The notes beneath the pieces are model-generated. The model had not been told where the DNA came from and did no database searches. It was given only the letters and a program-made list of their open reading frames with translations. From an uncultured delta proteobacterium (GTDB lineage: Bacteria > Desulfobacterota > Binatia > UBA9968), in contig CAWFJP010000030.1 of NCBI GenBank assembly GCA_963816145.1, forward strand, positions 256,001 to 320,000: 64,000 nt of DNA, read 5' to 3'. Shown here piece after piece: positions 61,988 through 64,000 of this stretch; position 1 is the stretch's first letter, and each line of letters begins with the position of its first letter. Made by a program: the position numbers and the translations under genes.

Positions 61988-62995
61988 TCACTTAACTCCA
62001 TAGGTCGCCTGCAGCCGGCCAATGAAGCCATTCTCGTCCAGCCTTCTTACAATCCGATCATCGATCAACTCTTCGATCTTGATGTTTTCCAGCTTCTGAT
62101 TACGCGGCTTGAGCAGCCGTTGTGTGTTGCGCAGGCCATCAACCGACGGCAGAAGCTTTTTGTCGAGGCCGGTAACCAGATCTTGATAACCTTCTTCGGC
62201 GGTGGCCGGATCATTGATGCGCAGATGCTGCATGATTGTCTTGAGCACCACTGGCTTGGACTTTTGACTTAGAATAAATGCCACCGATTCGGCGAGCCCT
62301 TTGAGCACGCCTTCGAGGGCGTCTTGGCGCTCGCGCAGCAAATTCGTCCTGGCGATCAAGCCGAGACCGATGGTCGGAATATTGGCGTTGCTGAATTCGG
62401 CGAGCACGGTAAAACCCTTTTGTTTCAGCCGGCGGCTAAACACGCCGTCGAGGGCCGCGGCGTCGATGCTCCCGGCTTCGAGCGCTTGGGCGATCACTGA
62501 TTGGTCGCCGACTTGCAGCACGTTGATATTGTCCCGTTGCGGGTCGAGTCCTAACGACTCCAGGCCGAGCATGGCACCCATCCACAGTCCGCCGCCAAAT
62601 GCTTGAATGCCGAAACGCTTGCCGCGCAAATCCTTGACGGTTTTGATCCCCGGCGTCGCCACGAGATCATAATTCACTCGGCCATTGAGCGCGGCCACCA
62701 TCTTGGCGTCGAGTCCGCCAGCCGCAGCACCGAGCAGGGTGCTGCCTGAAGACAGTGCAAGATCGATCTCGCCGGTGCCCAGGCCGCTGACCATGATCTG
62801 AATCTGGCGCACGAGAATCACCGTCGACTCGACGCCATATTTGGCAAAGAACTTTTGTTCGTGCGCGATCCACAGCGGTGCGATCCGCGCGTTGAGGGCG
62901 CCATGCGCCAGGACCATCTTGGCCGCGATGGCAGGACCAGACGAATTTAGGATCAGTCCAAGGATCAATGCACTAATGACGAAGAATTTTGCCAT
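61988..62995 (-). CDS. ABC substrate-binding protein (NMT1/SsuA-like)
   Basis: PLWIAHEQKFFAKYG, DLRGKRFG, ALEAGSIDAA. Confidence 0.87.
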   Translation of the reverse strand: MAKFFVISALILGLILNSSGPAIAAKMVLAHGALNARIAPLWIAHEQKFFAKYGVESTVILVRQIQIMVSGLGTGEIDLALSSGSTLLGAAAGGLDAKMVAALNGRVNYDLVATPGIKTVKDLRGKRFGIQAFGGGLWMGAMLGLESLGLDPQRDNINVLQVGDQSVIAQALEAGSIDAAALDGVFSRRLKQKGFTVLAEFSNANIPTIGLGLIARTNLLRERQDALEGVLKGLAESVAFILSQKSKPVVLKTIMQHLRINDPATAEEGYQDLVTGLDKKLLPSVDGLRNTQRLLKPRNQKLENIKIEELIDDRIVRRLDENGFIGRLQATYGVK

Positions 62996-63039
62996 AATTG
63001 ATTCTCACTGAGCCAGCACGGAAATTGAAGAAACTAGGA

Positions 63040-63195
63040 TTCGAAAATATTTCCCGCAAAGACGCCCGGTTCGGAATCGTTGTCATTTCGACCCTTGGGA
63101 GAAATCTTTCTTAGATCCCTCGCGTTCCCTCGGGATGACGGGCAGCACCCGTCACCATTGCGGCCTTGGCGCCTTTGCGGGAGATATTCCGAAAT
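63040..63195. repeat. TGTC-type REP dimer (63081-63139) nested inside ~26-bp imperfect inverted ends
   Basis: Outer TCGAAAATATTTCCCGCAAAGACGCC / GGCGCCTTTGCGGGAGATATTCCGA; inner TGTCATTTCGA...TCGGGATGAC. Confidence 0.8.
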
Positions 63196-63256
63196 ATTCC
63201 TGCGGCTCCGGCGCGCTACTTCCTTCGTGGTAAGACTTCCGAAAACTTCACAGTGA

Positions 63257-64000
63257 TCAGCGCCGCGCCACCGCTTTGGCTTGAGGGTCCGGCGCGAAGA
63301 ATTTCTCGGCACCGCCGAGTTTGCGCGCTTCGGCTTCGATACCGGCGGCGTAGATCAAGGCTTGGATATTTTCTTTGCTGATGACGATGGAATAATCGTT
63401 GGCCAGATAGTCCAGCGCTTTGCGCTCCCTGGCGAGATCGCCGCGGGCGGTTTTTTTGAATGCCGCCGCGGCGGCACGCTCCTTGTCGGTGCGGATCACT
63501 TCCATGGCGCGATGCAACGCCCGTAGGAACGCTTCCACTTCCACCGGGCTAGTTTCCAGCTTGCGCCGGCTGCTGGCGAGAATACTCAACGGGAATTCCG
63601 GTATGACCTGAACCATGTCCATGAGCAATGAGTAACCCTTCGGTTCAAGCGCCACCCGCTCTCCCGGCGAAAACGCCGCGGCTTGGATAATCTTCGTCTC
63701 CAACGCCAACACCCGCGCCGGGCTGTTGCCCGCATAGTGAATCCGATAGTCGCGATCGCGTTTGAGACCACGGCGCGCCAGAGCTTCCACCGTTAAAAAC
63801 TCTGTCATGCCGCCCGCCGAAGTCACGCCGACGACCTGTCCCTTGATCGCGTTGAGGGTGGTCACGCCGGGGCCGCCCATCAGCATCCAATTGACGTGGC
63901 GAACATAATTGCCAATCACCACGGCCGGGACGCCCTTGGCAATCGCTTGCACCACGGTCGTCGAACCGACGATCGAATAGTCCGACGCTCCGCTGACCAT
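63257..64000 (-). CDS. ABC substrate-binding protein (NMT1/SsuA-like), N-terminus beyond the window
   Basis: IKGQVVGVTSAGG, RVLALETK, VEAFLRAL. Confidence 0.8.
   Translation of the reverse strand: MVSGASDYSIVGSTTVVQAIAKGVPAVVIGNYVRHVNWMLMGGPGVTTLNAIKGQVVGVTSAGGMTEFLTVEALARRGLKRDRDYRIHYAGNSPARVLALETKIIQAAAFSPGERVALEPKGYSLLMDMVQVIPEFPLSILASSRRKLETSPVEVEAFLRALHRAMEVIRTDKERAAAAAFKKTARGDLARERKALDYLANDYSIVISKENIQALIYAAGIEAEARKLGGAEKFFAPDPQAKAVARR

Overview
64 kb of a GC-rich bacterial chromosome. The gene repertoire (many orphan NMT1/SsuA-, TctC- and TAXI-type solute-binding proteins, amidohydrolases, MFS paralogs, standalone A-T NRPS-like genes, bacterial topoisomerase VI) resembles Candidatus Binatia / deltaproteobacteria-like MAGs; this is an inference. 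Most of the window is catabolic and transport genes separated by short palindromic REP/MITE-like repeats of at least three families. Three visibly AT-richer accessory segments stand out. (i) At the left edge is a SIR2 + P-loop NTPase + TPR-like protein (Avs5-like antiphage candidate) of more than 799 aa, which the ORF track missed. (ii) A standalone adenylation-PCP gene sits next to a decayed duplicate of itself. (iii) The best candidate for an undescribed system is a two-gene unit at 52181-56143: an elongated IS630-type DDE transposase with an intact catalytic triad, followed 6 bp later by a DNA polymerase I derivative. The PolA derivative keeps its 3'-5' exonuclease motifs but has lost the polymerase motifs, and it lies directly upstream of top6B-top6A. 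Four +1 frameshifts in otherwise intact genes (dipeptidase, DUF885, top6B twice) look like sequencing errors. No rRNA, tRNA or CRISPR array was seen.
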